Positions 53,398 to 64,000 of a stretch of 64,000 bases of DNA are shown here, one piece after another (position 1 is the stretch's first letter; every line of letters begins with the position of its first letter). A program made the position numbers and the translations under genes. Below the pieces are notes generated by a model. It was not told the origin of the DNA, did no database searches, and saw nothing but the letters and a program-made list of their open reading frames with translations. Source of the DNA: an uncultured delta proteobacterium (lineage in GTDB: Bacteria; Desulfobacterota; WTBG01; CAIYCZ01; CAIRTM01); the NCBI GenBank assembly GCA_963804955.1, contig CAWDSQ010000007.1, forward strand, positions 224,001-288,000. Reading direction: 5' to 3'.

Positions 53398-54675
53398 TTA
53401 CTTTTCGGTTATTTGTGCTTTTGCTGTAATAAAATCTATCGCTTTTTTTTCAAGAATCTGCGGCCGCAGCACCTCGGGGTCCAGGGCGGCCTTTACCGCT
53501 GCCACATCCTGGCCGTACTGAGCCGCAAGCTCATCGTATTTTTTCTCAATATCGGCATCATCAACCTGTCAGGCCTTCTTTTGCGGCAATGGCTTCAAGA
53601 ATAAGCGCCGCCTTCACCTGCCGCTCCGCCGCGCCCCGGTAGCGCTCAAGCAGCGTGCCCGCATTCTGCCCCAGGCTCTCAAGCTTGATGCCCTGCTGCG
53701 CCAGCATCTGCTGGGTCTCCATTACCATATTGCGCGCCTGCATGTCGATAAGGGCTTTGGGCACATCAAATGCGTTCTTCTCGATGAGCGCATCAAAAAT
53801 CTTTTCTTTAAAGCCATGCTCCGCCTGATTGCGCTTGCGGGTAAGAATCTCCTCGGACATGGCTTTTTTGAGATCATCAAGACAGGAATACTTCTGGCTC
53901 AGGTCCCGGGCGAATTCATCATCAAGCACGGGCAGCACCCGCTCTTTAATGCCCTTCAGCAGGACCTTCACATCCACCTGTTTCCCGGCATACTCCTTAT
54001 TGGCAAAGTCTTCGGGCAGCTGCAGCGAAAAGCTCCGCTCCGTCGCCCGCCTGCATGCCCGCAACCTGTGCGGCAAAGCCGGGCAGATAGGCTGTGTCGG
54101 TGGTTTCCAGAAAAAAGTCCTTCTGGGGGCCGCCGCCATAGGGTTTTCCCTCGCAGCTGGCATCGAGATCGAAAATGCCGAAATCGCCCTGCGCAAGGCT
54201 GCGGCCCTCAACATCTTTCAGTGTAGCATATGTGCTGCGCAATCCTTCAAGTGCGGACGCAAGCTCCTCATCTCCACCTTCGGCGATCTTCTCGCGCTCA
54301 AGCTCAAGGCCTTCATAGCCCTGCGGCACTATGGCGGGCTTCACCTCGAAAACAGCCGTATAGGAAAACTCCTTGTCGCGCTCGATGCCGGCGTTTTCAA
54401 TCTTTGGCTGCGACACAGGGGCTGTTTTTGCTTCATCAATGGCCCGGGGATAGGACTCCTGCAGAATCTTGGATATAACATCCTCTTCAACCTGGGCCTT
54501 GAAATACTTCTCCAAGCAGAGACATGGGCGCCTTGCCGGGCCGGAAGCCCTTCAGGCGCACATTCTTTTTAAGCTCTTTGTATGCCTGCTCAAACTGGCC
54601 TGCTACCGTTTCCTGGGGCACGACGACGGTCAATCTTTTTTCAATGTCACTAACATGGGTTACGTCTACTTTCAT
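53398..54675 (-). CDS. tig: Trigger factor (several frameshifts)
   Basis: GFRPGKAP signature; LDDEFA; position upstream of clpP. Confidence 0.92.
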
Positions 54676-54700
54676 TATCTCCTCATTTCATTTCTTTTCA

Positions 54701-54779
54701 TGCGAGAGGGGGGATTTGAACCCCCACGGTTTCCCGCTGGATCCTAATTCCAGTGCGTCTGCCATTCCGCCACTCTCGC
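54701..54779 (-). tRNA. tRNA-Leu(TAG)
   Basis: GCGAGAG...CTCTCGC-A, anticodon loop ATTAGGA, variable arm. Confidence 0.92.
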
Positions 54780-55092
54780 TAGTTCATGGGGTACGCACTA
54801 CGTATGGCAATCCATTTTTGGAAGTATCTTTTAATAGTATTTTTGACCTTTAGTGTCAAGAAGTTTGGTTAAGCACAAAATTAAAAATTATAGAAAAATT
54901 AAAGGGTTTTGCGCGCTTAAGGGAAATAGTGCTCATTCAGTGTTCATTTATAATATTTTTATTCTTTCGCAGATTCAGGCTGCGCAACAAGACCTTTTTC
55001 TGCCGGGCCGGACTTGCCATCAGGGCTGTTCCATGCAATGATTATCATTAATACTGTTCTTCGATTGCTTCCAGCAGGTAAAGGAGCTCCCC

Positions 55093-55584
55093 GTGCCGGA
55101 TCACAAGCTTGTTGCCGACTACCTGAGAAAATGTTTCGTCAGCGTCGACGGCCTCTGGTTTATGAAAATCGAAGAAGATGCCGGCTTTGAAAAAGCTCTG
55201 GAAATCGACATAGCGGTCTGGAAGGTGCTCCCCAAAATCGAGGCACGCACCATACAGGAGCTTCTTACGCTCGGGCAGGGCATCGAGGCGCTGCACAGGG
55301 CGCTTGACTTCAAGCTCAGGGCCGAGCTTTACAGCCATACTTTGTCACCCGTCCGCGCAGAGGCTTTCACCCTTGACGTTCATGACTGCCCCTGGGTAAA
55401 ACATATAAAAAAGGCCGGCAGAGCCCATTTCATTGAGCGCATAGCAGCGTCAATCTGCCCGGCTGAATACGGCGCCTTCACCGCCGAGTTCGGCACAAGC
55501 ATTTCAATAGATCATCAGCACGGCGACTGCGCACAACACGGAATTTGCCGCTTTGCCTTTCACGTGAAAAAACATACTGAATAA
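55093..55584 (+). CDS. DUF6125/V4R-like small-molecule-binding protein
   Basis: VDGLWF, DIAVW, DCPW, IC, CRFAF; AAGGAG RBS before GTG. Confidence 0.7.
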   Translation: MPDHKLVADYLRKCFVSVDGLWFMKIEEDAGFEKALEIDIAVWKVLPKIEARTIQELLTLGQGIEALHRALDFKLRAELYSHTLSPVRAEAFTLDVHDCPWVKHIKKAGRAHFIERIAASICPAEYGAFTAEFGTSISIDHQHGDCAQHGICRFAFHVKKHTE

Positions 55585-55605
55585 AAATAAAAGGAGCAAA
55601 AATTT

Positions 55606-56013
55606 ATGAACTGGGATTTTACGGGTGCTCAGGTTGTGAAGGGTGAGGTGGCCTACAGCCTTGAAGAGTTCAGAAAAGATCTGTACGCCGAAGTGAAGGA
55701 AAATTTTTCAGACTACGATAAAGCGGACCTCGACGGAATATATCAGCTTGCCTACGATGTCTGCTACTGCACGGCCACGCAGCGCAAGCTCGGCGAGCTG
55801 CTTGCCCACTGCAAACAGATGGGCATAAAGGCCGACTTGAAGTATCTCATGCTCATACGGGATTCCAATCTCAACAATATCGATATGCTGAAGGCAATAT
55901 TTGCCCGGAAGGTCTCGGAGTTTATGGATGCGGGCGCAAGCGGTGAAGAAGCGCTCAAAAAGCTGGACGAGTATCACCGTCAGGTTCTTGCAGGCGCCGA
56001 TGACGAGGGCTAG
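55606..56013 (+). CDS. Hypothetical protein
   Basis: 135 aa, AAGGAG RBS. Confidence 0.75.
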   Translation: MNWDFTGAQVVKGEVAYSLEEFRKDLYAEVKENFSDYDKADLDGIYQLAYDVCYCTATQRKLGELLAHCKQMGIKADLKYLMLIRDSNLNNIDMLKAIFARKVSEFMDAGASGEEALKKLDEYHRQVLAGADDEG

Positions 56014-56072
56014 AGCATTTAACAGAATACTATAAACAAGTATTCATGCAGTATCGAGAAACACGCACCCCG

Positions 56073-56140
56073 GTCATTCCGGCTTGTCCGCAATCATTCT
56101 TCCGCGAACCGGAAGGGATTCCCGTCAAGCGGGAATGACA
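56073..56140. repeat. GTCATTCC...GGAATGAC palindromic element (relative at 58043-58110)
   Basis: GTCATTCCGGCTTG...CAAGCGGGAATGACA. Confidence 0.65.
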
Positions 56141-56306
56141 GCAATGAATCACTACCGCTGACATATTCACCCGCGTCAAGCAGTTCATGAATCTCAAGAA
56201 TAATTCATGCAAGCGCAAGCCTCCGGGAACAGCCGTTTCGCGATTATTATGAATAGGCTGCTGGCTGCAGCGGTTTATTTAACCGATCCGCTCATCAATT
56301 CAGAAT

Positions 56307-56619
56307 TAGTGGCTGAACGAAAACTCTGTTTTTATATCCATGTCATCTCGACCGAGAGCCTGTGTCGCAATTAACTTTGCTGTCATCTCGACCCCTTCGG
56401 CTTTGCTCAGGGCAGGCTCCGGGAGAGATCTTTGTAGTAAGTAAAATCAAGGGCTTGAGATTTCTCACCGCCTGCGGCGGATTCGAAATGACTTTAATAA
56501 ATCAATTGCGACACAGTCTCCGAAGGGAGAGATCTTTGCATGTGCTTAAGATTTCTCAGTCGCTCCGCTCCTTCGAAATGACAGTTTTCGCTGACAGAGG
56601 GGTTTTCGTTCAGACACTA
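56307..56619. mobile_element. Second MITE type hosting MITE copy 4
   Basis: TIR TAGTGGCTGAACGAAAAC / GTTTTCGTTCAGACACTA. Confidence 0.75.
56356..56520. mobile_element. MITE copy 4, TSD CGA
   Basis: GAGCCTGTGTCGCAATT...AATTGCGACACAGTCTC flanked by CGA/CGA. Confidence 0.85.
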
Positions 56620-56717
56620 ATTAAATCAATTGGTCATTCTCACCTCATTTGCCGTTTTCAGCAAAACGCGTTATTATGAGAGAATGCCGCCAGAGAAGGC
56701 CGGCACATAAGGGTTTT

Positions 56718-57953
56718 ATGCAGCACGATTTTTTATCCCTTGTTCTTCGGTTTGTCGTTTCATTCGTGACCGTTCAGGCCATTGCCGTTGCAGGCTGTAT
56801 CTTTGCCTTCAAAAAGCACAGAAGCAGCCGGACCTGGCTTGCCGTTCTTGCAGCCATGCTGTACCTGAATTGCGCCTATCTCTTCCTTTTCACTCCTGTC
56901 GAGCTTCGGCAGCAGTTCGGCGCAGCAATCGATTACGCTCTCATCTATCCCTTTTTTGCCTACATGCTTATCTGCATGGCCCTTGCGCCGCTGTTTGTTG
57001 CCGCAGCCGCCGTGTCAGGTATGGGGAAAATTTTTTCCCGCTTTGGCGGCACAATCCCTCCGGCGCAGCCAGCGCCTGATTACAATGGCCAGCGCAGGGA
57101 ATTTTTAAAAATGATGACGGCAGGCATCGCCCTGCCCGTTGCCGCTCCGTCGCTGTACGGCCTGTATGTCGGCAGCGCGCAGATGAAAATTGATGATGTA
57201 TCGATTGCCTTCCCTGACCTGCCAGCCGGGCTCGACGGCTTCACCATCATCCAGATAAGCGACCTGCATGTGGGCCCGTTTATGGACAGCGCGATGCTTC
57301 AGTCGATTGTCAGGGGCATCAATGCCATGGCGCCCGATCTTGTAGCTGTTACCGGCGATATCATCAACTGGGGCTCCGCCTACATTGACGACGCGGCTGA
57401 CGGCCTTGCGGGGTTGCAGGCTGAATACGGTGTCTATGCCGTGCTCGGGAACCATGATTTTTATTGCGATACCGTCAGCCTGTGCAGCAAGCTCGAAAAA
57501 GCAGGTGTGCAGATACTGCGCAACGGGTGGCGGGAGATCAGGCCCGAAGGCGGCGGCCTGCTGCAGCTTGCCGGCATCGACGATCCGGGAGGCCGCTTGA
57601 GACGCGACCCCAATATCGGCAACCTGAAAAAAGCGCTTGATCAGGCGCCTGACGCAGGGTTCAGGATTCTGCTTTCCCACCGGCCCACTGTTTTTGATGC
57701 GGCTGCGGATATGGGCATGCGCCTCACCCTTGCAGGCCATACCCATGCCGGCCAGATGATCTCGCCCTTTGGCAACGGGCGCAACTGGTCATTTGCAAAA
57801 CTTTTTTATGAGCGGGATTATGGCCTGTATGACCGGAACGGCTCCTATCTCTATATCAACAGGGGCCTTGGCGTTGTCGGGCCGCCCCTGCGCATCAACT
57901 GCCCGCGGGAAATTACCAGGATAGTTCTGCGCAGGGGAAACACGCAGGTCTAA
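56718..57953 (+). CDS. Membrane-bound metallophosphoesterase (YkuE-like)
   Basis: SDLH, TGD, GNHD, SHRP, GHTHAGQ. Confidence 0.9.
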   Translation: MQHDFLSLVLRFVVSFVTVQAIAVAGCIFAFKKHRSSRTWLAVLAAMLYLNCAYLFLFTPVELRQQFGAAIDYALIYPFFAYMLICMALAPLFVAAAAVSGMGKIFSRFGGTIPPAQPAPDYNGQRREFLKMMTAGIALPVAAPSLYGLYVGSAQMKIDDVSIAFPDLPAGLDGFTIIQISDLHVGPFMDSAMLQSIVRGINAMAPDLVAVTGDIINWGSAYIDDAADGLAGLQAEYGVYAVLGNHDFYCDTVSLCSKLEKAGVQILRNGWREIRPEGGGLLQLAGIDDPGGRLRRDPNIGNLKKALDQAPDAGFRILLSHRPTVFDAAADMGMRLTLAGHTHAGQMISPFGNGRNWSFAKLFYERDYGLYDRNGSYLYINRGLGVVGPPLRINCPREITRIVLRRGNTQV

Positions 57954-58296
57954 AGCAGGGGGGCATCGTTCATCGGCAACGGCAGGTGGTCGCATACGGG
58001 TGCATGTATCTTTTGCCTGTAGCCGGTAGAAAAAGCATCTCAGTCATCCCGGCTTGTCCGGTATCATGTTCCGCACACTACAAGAAATCCCCGCCAGGCG
58101 GGAATGACAGGAAATGGAGGCAGGCTGCACAGTCATCCTGCGGCTTTTATTTCTGTTTACAGCATTCAGGTAATTGCTCTGCATGCGCCCCATGCGCTGA
58201 AGTTCGGCTGTGTTGATTATTAGCTCGATGGCCAGGGGAGGAAATCGACATGGCAGAGCCGGACGGACATGATCAGGGCGGCTTTTCCCGCCCGGC

Positions 58297-59233
58297 CTAC
58301 TTGTTATCCCCGTTTGCAAAAACCCCATAGCAGTTGCGCGCGGGAGGGGTGCCTCTTTTTTCAATTGATACGGTAACGCCTCTATCGGGCCTGATTTTTC
58401 GGTTAAGCCCAACCAGGGACCTGACCGCTTTCCATCCGATTTGCTTCATTTCCGCAAGCCCGGTGATTTCCTCGATAGCGGTTCTGTTATCGTAGGGGTC
58501 GGGGCGGTATGACCGGGATGAAATCAGCGCATCGTAGATGTCGCAGACGATGACTATTTCCACCATGATCGGCCTGAGGTGTATGCCGCGGGGTATGCCG
58601 GAGCCGTCTCTTCTTTCGTGATGGTCCCTGGCAACTATCGCAGCCAGATGCCTCGGGTCCCGGTAAAAGCAGCTGAGCAGCACATAGCCTGCTGTCGTGT
58701 GATGATCCAGGCTGCTTCGTTCGGCCCTTGTAAGCGGGGTTTCTTTTTTCAAAAGATACAGGGGCACGCAGATTTTGCCGATATCATGCGTGGGCCCGGT
58801 TGAAACAAATTTCAGCCATTGCCGGTCATCGGGCAGCAATTGCCTGGCTATAAGCGCCGAAAGAGTGAAAACCCTGAGCAGGTGGCAATAGGTGTAATAG
58901 TTGGCGGTCTTGAAATAATCAAGCATCTCCAGCACCTGCGCGGGCAGCTGAAAATTTTCCAGCATGCTGATGACTTCGCGGCATCCCGGCGCCTTGGAGA
59001 AGATCAAATCATAGGGCGGGCGCTTTAGCTGATGCAGGAGATCACGCTTTATCGTTGCATGCTTGAACAAATACCGGTTCTGTCTGCGATGCTGCTTTGT
59101 TTGCAGGGATGAGGTCAGTTAAGTTCCTGGAGGACAGGACGGTTCCTGCCGGCATCTGAAGCCGTTTGTCCGGTGAGCTAACCGGAAACTTGAGCCGCAA
59201 GGAAGCACGGGAAGATTCTTCATGAATTCGCAC
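58297..59233 (-). CDS. HD-GYP-like domain protein (frameshift near 59075; start uncertain)
   Basis: HDIGK, HHERRDGSGIP, DIYDAL.S.RSYR. Confidence 0.85.
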
Positions 59234-59558
59234 GCACAGTGTCTCCCTTCTTTCGTGGCAGATTATCGACCGCAATAATTTTCGACGTTTACTGCATTGA
59301 CAGAAATGCGCTTCGGCATGGGGCAACTATAGTAGAACGAAAAAAGTGCGTCAAGCAAGAACTGAGCCCCTCGGGCTGCTGAAAAAACCTTTTCCGCATG
59401 AGCTGAACCAATTCACTGGCAGACATACAAAGCTGGGGCATGTCGGCCGCAGCGAGCTCCCGTGCCGATTGGATTTCCGCCGTTGGAGCGGATGCAAAAT
59501 GGCAGGCGGTGCATTCCGGGTCTTTATTGCATGGCAGCTGTTGCTCCGGGCTGCACCA

Positions 59559-60065
59559 TCACTTTTTTTCTATGGTGACGGGAACGCGGCAGCGGCCCCA
59601 GGCAAGGGCGTCGTCGTGGGAATCGTAAAACAGGTCAATGCGGTCGGGGCCTTTGATCGCCGAGCCCCTGTCCTCGACAATCCCTTCACCGTAGCCGGGT
59701 ATGAGCATGATCGTTCCGAAGGGATAGTAGCCGGTGTCGGCTGCAATCGTTCCCGGATGTGGAAACAGCAGCCAGGGGAAAAACACGATGCGAAACGGGA
59801 TGACCCAGGGCCGCTTCAGGCTGTCGACTGAAAAAAGCCCGGGGTAATACTGGCGCGGTGTCGCGCCGCTGGCGGTTTTGCCGTGATAGGGCTTGCCCGC
59901 GTCCGGGCCGCTTGCGTAGTACCGGTTCCAGAAGTTCAGCTTCAGGTATGCCCAGCTGCCGCGCGTCCAGCCGCAGCACTTTTTGCACCCGCAGTAAGCG
60001 GTCGTTTCCATGGTGCGCTCGACATGCGCGCATCCCGCCGCAAGCAGCATGCCGCAGAACAGCAA
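59559..60065 (-). CDS. 3D-domain lipoprotein (start uncertain)
   Basis: TTAYC, IAAD, VEDRGSAIKG..IDLF. Confidence 0.85.
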   Translation of the reverse strand: MLFCGMLLAAGCAHVERTMETTAYCGCKKCCGWTRGSWAYLKLNFWNRYYASGPDAGKPYHGKTASGATPRQYYPGLFSVDSLKRPWVIPFRIVFFPWLLFPHPGTIAADTGYYPFGTIMLIPGYGEGIVEDRGSAIKGPDRIDLFYDSHDDALAWGRCRVPVTIEKK

Positions 60066-60185
60066 AACTATTCAGCGCCCGGGCTCATTTTTGCCTGCTC
60101 ATGTATGCCATGCAGTCGTAATGTGCAGGCCGGGCAAAATCCGCCGCGGCGGATGCCCTGCTCGCCGGCTTGTAAAAATCGCCGC

Positions 60186-61046
60186 TCACCCATGAAACAC
60201 CACTGCCGCTAAAACGGCAGCAAAGGCAAGAATGCTTACGCAGCCGTTGGCTGTAAAAAATGCGGCATTCATGCGGGAAAGGTCATCAGGTTTGACGATG
60301 CTGTTTTCATACCAGAGAAAACCGGCGATGACGGCACAGGCCCGCATAGAAAACAGCCCCGAGAGAAAAGAAAAACCCCATAAGGCCGAAAAAAATCACG
60401 GTGAGGCCATGCAGTAGTTTGGTCAGTTGCAGCGCCAGCGGTATGCCGAAGCGAACGGGCACGGAATGGAGCCCTTCCCGTGCATCAAACTCATAATCCT
60501 GACAGCTGTAGAGAATATCAAAACCGGCGGTCCAGAACATGACGCCGATCGACAGCATCCAGATGCCTGCTGTGGGCAGGGTGTTGGTCGCTGCAACCCA
60601 GGAGCCCATGGGCGCAAGACCCAGGCACAGGCCGAGCACGCCGTGGCAGGCCCAGGTGAAGCGCTTGGTGAGCGAGTAGAATGCCATGGGCGCCAGCACA
60701 ACAGGCCAGAGCCTGCGGCACAGGCCGGGCAGAAAAAAAACAGCGATAAAAAAAACCGCAAGAGAACTGCGGCAACAAAAAGCAGAGTTTCCGGAACGCT
60801 CACCAGCCCCGCAGGGAGTGCGCGGCCGGCGGTGCGGGGATTTTTTTTATCGATGGCGATGTCAAAAAGGCGGTTGAGGGCCATGGCAAAGCTGCGGGCG
60901 CCGACCATGGCAAGGGTAATCCAGAAAAAGGTTGAAACCGGCGGCAGGCCCCCTGCCCCCAGTATCATGCCGATATAGGCAAAAGGCAGGGCGAATATCG
61001 TGTGCTCGAACTTTATCATGTCGAGCAGGGTCGCGAGCTTACCCAA
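60186..61046 (-). CDS. ubiA: UbiA-family prenyltransferase, MqnP-like (frameshifted)
   Basis: IKFEHTIFALPF, NRLFDIAIDKKNPRT, GFDILYSCQD. Confidence 0.88.
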
Positions 61047-62481
61047 GGCCGTAGTCCTTCCAGCGGCGGGTCACCAGCTCGCGCGTTGCCTCATCCATGA
61101 CGATCTCTTCGGGCCAGCTGCGGCTGTGGCCTTCGGCAGGAAGCTTGCGCGTGGCATCGACGCCGGTTTTGGAGCCGAACACCGGCACAGGGGCGGCATG
61201 ATCAAGCACGTCGAGCGGCCCTTTGGTGAAAAACAGATCCCGCTCGGGGTCGACATTGCTGAAGGCTTTCCAGGCAGCCTCGGAGCAGCTCTGCACATCC
61301 ACGTCTGCATCAAAAATCACAATGAGTTTGGTGAACATCATCTGCCCCAGGCCCCACAGGGCCGAGGCGACTTTGCGCGCATGGCCGGGGTACTCTTTTT
61401 TGATCGACACCAGCACGCAGTTGTGAAAAACGCCCTCGCACGGGAAAATTGATATCAACAATCTCCGGCAGCTGCAGCTTTATAAGCGGCAGGAAAATGC
61501 GCTCGGTGGCCTTCCCGAGAAAATAGTCCTCCATGGGCGGCTTGCCCACGATGGTTGCCGGGTACACGGGCGAGCGGCGCCTCGTGATGGCCCGCAGGGT
61601 AAACACCGGGTACTGATCGGCATCGGAATAGAAGCCCGTATGGTCGCCGAAGGGGCCTTCTATGCTGGTCTCTGCGCTCACGGTGCCCTCGAGCACGAAC
61701 TCGGCATGGGCCGGCACCATGAGATCAACGGTTGCGGCCTTCACGGTTTCAACGGGGCTGTTGCGCAGAAATCCGGCAAACATGAGTTCATCAAGGCCCG
61801 GCGGCAGGGGCGCGGTGGCCAGTAGAGCGTTGCCGGATCGCAGCCCAGGGCGATGGCGACTTCGGTATCACGGCCCCGTGCAAGGTTTAAGCGGTGATGG
61901 CCCGCTCCGTCATGATGCAGGTGCCAGTGCATGAAAGCGCGGCGCTCGTCGATTATCTGCATGCGGTACATGCCCATGTTCTGAACGCCCGTTTCGGGAT
62001 GCTTCGTAATGACCAGCGGCAGCGTCACAAAGCGGCCCGCGTCTTTGGGCCAGCACTGCAGCACGGGCAGGCTTTTCAGCAGGGGGCCGTCTTTTTCTAT
62101 GACCTCCTGGCACGGCCCCGAGCGCACGCTTCTGGGCTGAAAATTTTTTATGTCCTTCATGCTCCACAGAAGCTTCATTTTGTCCATGAGCGTGTCGGGC
62201 ATGGCGGTGGGGATAAAGGACATGACCCGCCGGGCAATCTCGTCAAAGCTCTCAACGCCAAAGGCAAAGCAGGCCCGCTCAAGAGTGCCGAACAGGTTTA
62301 TTGCAAGGGGATACGGGCGAATTCTTCACGCGCTCAAACAGCAGCGCCGGGCCGCCGCTCTTTACACAGCGGTCGGCGATTTCGGTTATTTCAAGCACGG
62401 CGTCAACCTCGGCTGTATGCGCTTGAGCTGGCCGGCGGCGTCGAGCTTGTGAAGATAGTCCTGCAGATCAGTAAATGCCAT
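61039..62481 (-). CDS. ubiD: UbiD-family decarboxylase, menaquinone (MqnL-like) type (frameshifted)
   Basis: WPKDAGRF, NMGMYR, EGPFGDHTGFY, GKPPMED, DVLDHA. Confidence 0.9.
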
Positions 62482-62499
62482 AGGTGCTGTCCATTCGGT

Positions 62500-63771
62500 T
62501 CATTCTGAGGTTATTGTGCGACAGGGGCGGTTCGCGAACCGCCCCTGCACAGCCATTCCAGAAACACCAGTCCCCGTGAGCGGGACGAACCCTGCGGCTA
62601 GGCTCAGTTGCCTGCAGTGCTGCAGAAGACCCAGGTTGCTCAAAAACTGCAGCAGGCGGGCAACCAGCCCCGGCACAGGCCGAAGCCAGTTGCGCCGGGC
62701 GTACAGCCTCGACGTTTTTCATTTCTCCCGCTGCAACGGTCACGGTCTCTTCATATTCCGTGGCAACAACCGGAAAGATAAAAGACGCGAAAGCGCGGTT
62801 TCGGCATAGGGCCCCACGCTGGAGCCGCCGGTAAAAAGCGGATAGACGGGTTCCACAAAAAAGCTGTAGGTGCCGGGCGTCAGGTACATTTCAAATGAGC
62901 CGTCGCCCTGCATGCAGTAGTCGGAAACGCTGGAAAACCGGCTCATGAGCTCATCGCCCTCTTTCACCGCAACAATATTGGCGCCCCGGGCCGGCAGGCC
63001 TCTCAGCCAGTGACAGCTCGCCGCTGATGCGGCCGTAGGCAGCCTCCACAATGCTGTCTTCAGCCGGATAGAGCATCGTGAGGGCGGCCTTGTCGTCGGG
63101 GTTGAGGTCCCCAAGCGGCGAATCGTCGTCGGTTGCTGTAGGAAACATGGTCGGGATATAGATATCGTTTTCCGTGACATCGTCATGCACATACTGCAGA
63201 TTGATCTGGCTGTGGTCAAGGCCGATAAAATGGCCGAATTCATGCACAAAGGTCGCCTTGAAAACCGCAGGGGTGAAAACCCCGGTAAAGCGGCCGTTGA
63301 GCAGCGACAGGCCTTCGGTATAGTACCAGCCCTCGACGGAATCATAGTCAGAGGCCGAGCCGGAGAATCCGATAATAATCTCGCTTGCCCCGCTGCCGTA
63401 TAAAGAGTCGATGATGCCGCCGTCGGAGTCGAAAATAACCGGATTGATCCCGTCGGTATCATCGATAAATGCCTCGATATTATCTTGCGTTACATCGGCG
63501 GCAAGAGAGCCAGCGTTCTGAAAGCTGATGCGGCCGTGGGAACTGCCTGCCAGACGCCGAAGCAGTCATCGACTATAGCCGTTGCCTGACTGTTTGAAAA
63601 ATCGCCCAGAAGCGCCCTGGTCGATCGAATAGGGTATGGGCATGGCGCTTGCAGGAAACACGACCGGGGTGCAGTTCCTGTTGGTCAGCAGAGGGCCGCC
63701 GGCATAGGCCGCAGGCGAGACCTGCAGCAGGAGCTATGGCCGAAAGAAGCAGAAAGCGCTGATTTTTTCAT
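62500..63771 (-). CDS. Exported metzincin/matrixin-like metalloprotease (frameshifted; 3' end approximate)
   Basis: Signal peptide ending AYA; HEFGHFIGLDHS and Met-turn PTMFP. Confidence 0.75.
62521..62549. repeat. REP-like hairpin
   Basis: CAGGGGCGGTTCGCGAACCGCCCCTG. Confidence 0.6.
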
Positions 63772-63796
63772 GGCTGCACCTGCCTGCCGGCAACTA

Positions 63797-64000
63797 TCAC
63801 GGCGATAAGATCCATGAGCTCCTGATGCCGCAGGGCGCCGCCGCCCCGTCGAGGCTGCGCTGCCTGATGCCCGGGAAGGTCGCGCCGGGGCAGATTTTTT
63901 CCATGTTCATGCCCTTGAAAAGGCGGCTGTTGCCCCGCTCATTGGCAACCGTTTTTTCTCCGCCGCGCAGCGTTTGCAACCATGAACACCCCCTGCCCGA
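63797..64000 (-). CDS. Probable 3' end of a gene starting beyond the window
   Basis: Open frame to the window edge, same strand as downstream genes; no recognisable motif. Confidence 0.35.
   Translation of the reverse strand, partial: SGRGCSWLQTLRGGEKTVANERGNSRLFKGMNMEKICPGATFPGIRQRSLDGAAAPCGIRSSWILSP

Overview
Bacterial chromosomal segment, most consistent with a Desulfobacterota/Deltaproteobacteria-like anaerobe (inference from gene content and protein style). The backbone is housekeeping: cysS-ispF-ispD-carD, queD-folE2, rsmI, groES-groEL/htpX, an RND efflux pair, Lrp plus aminotransferase, tRNA-Leu-tig-clpP-clpX-lon-tRNA-Val-tRNA-Asp, and ubiD/ubiA-type quinone genes. Many long genes carry single-base frameshifts that look like long-read consensus errors rather than true pseudogenes. 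Three things stand out. (1) A complete IS110-family element (970-2514) sits in the CTAC of a REP hairpin with a duplicated CT core. Its 3' non-coding end contains two stem-loops whose internal segments match both halves of the target and both halves of the donor junction, so a bridge-RNA-like guide can be read directly from the sequence. A truncated sister copy lies beside an empty target at 28.7-29.06 kb. (2) An integrase-free accessory region of about 15 kb (33.6-48.6 kb) downstream of tRNA-Asp is built of short modules: four TA loci, Fic, a WYL regulator facing an ARPP-1/DUF6569-like gene, an SBD-HNH nuclease, TerB and a nuclease. The modules are separated by recurring junction motifs, direct repeats and repeated 3' gene tails (umuC x3, WYL x2), which suggests a stacked-cassette accretion system. 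(3) A MITE family with four complete copies, each with a different 3-bp target duplication, nests with other palindromic repeats. All calls are by eye; no database searches were run.
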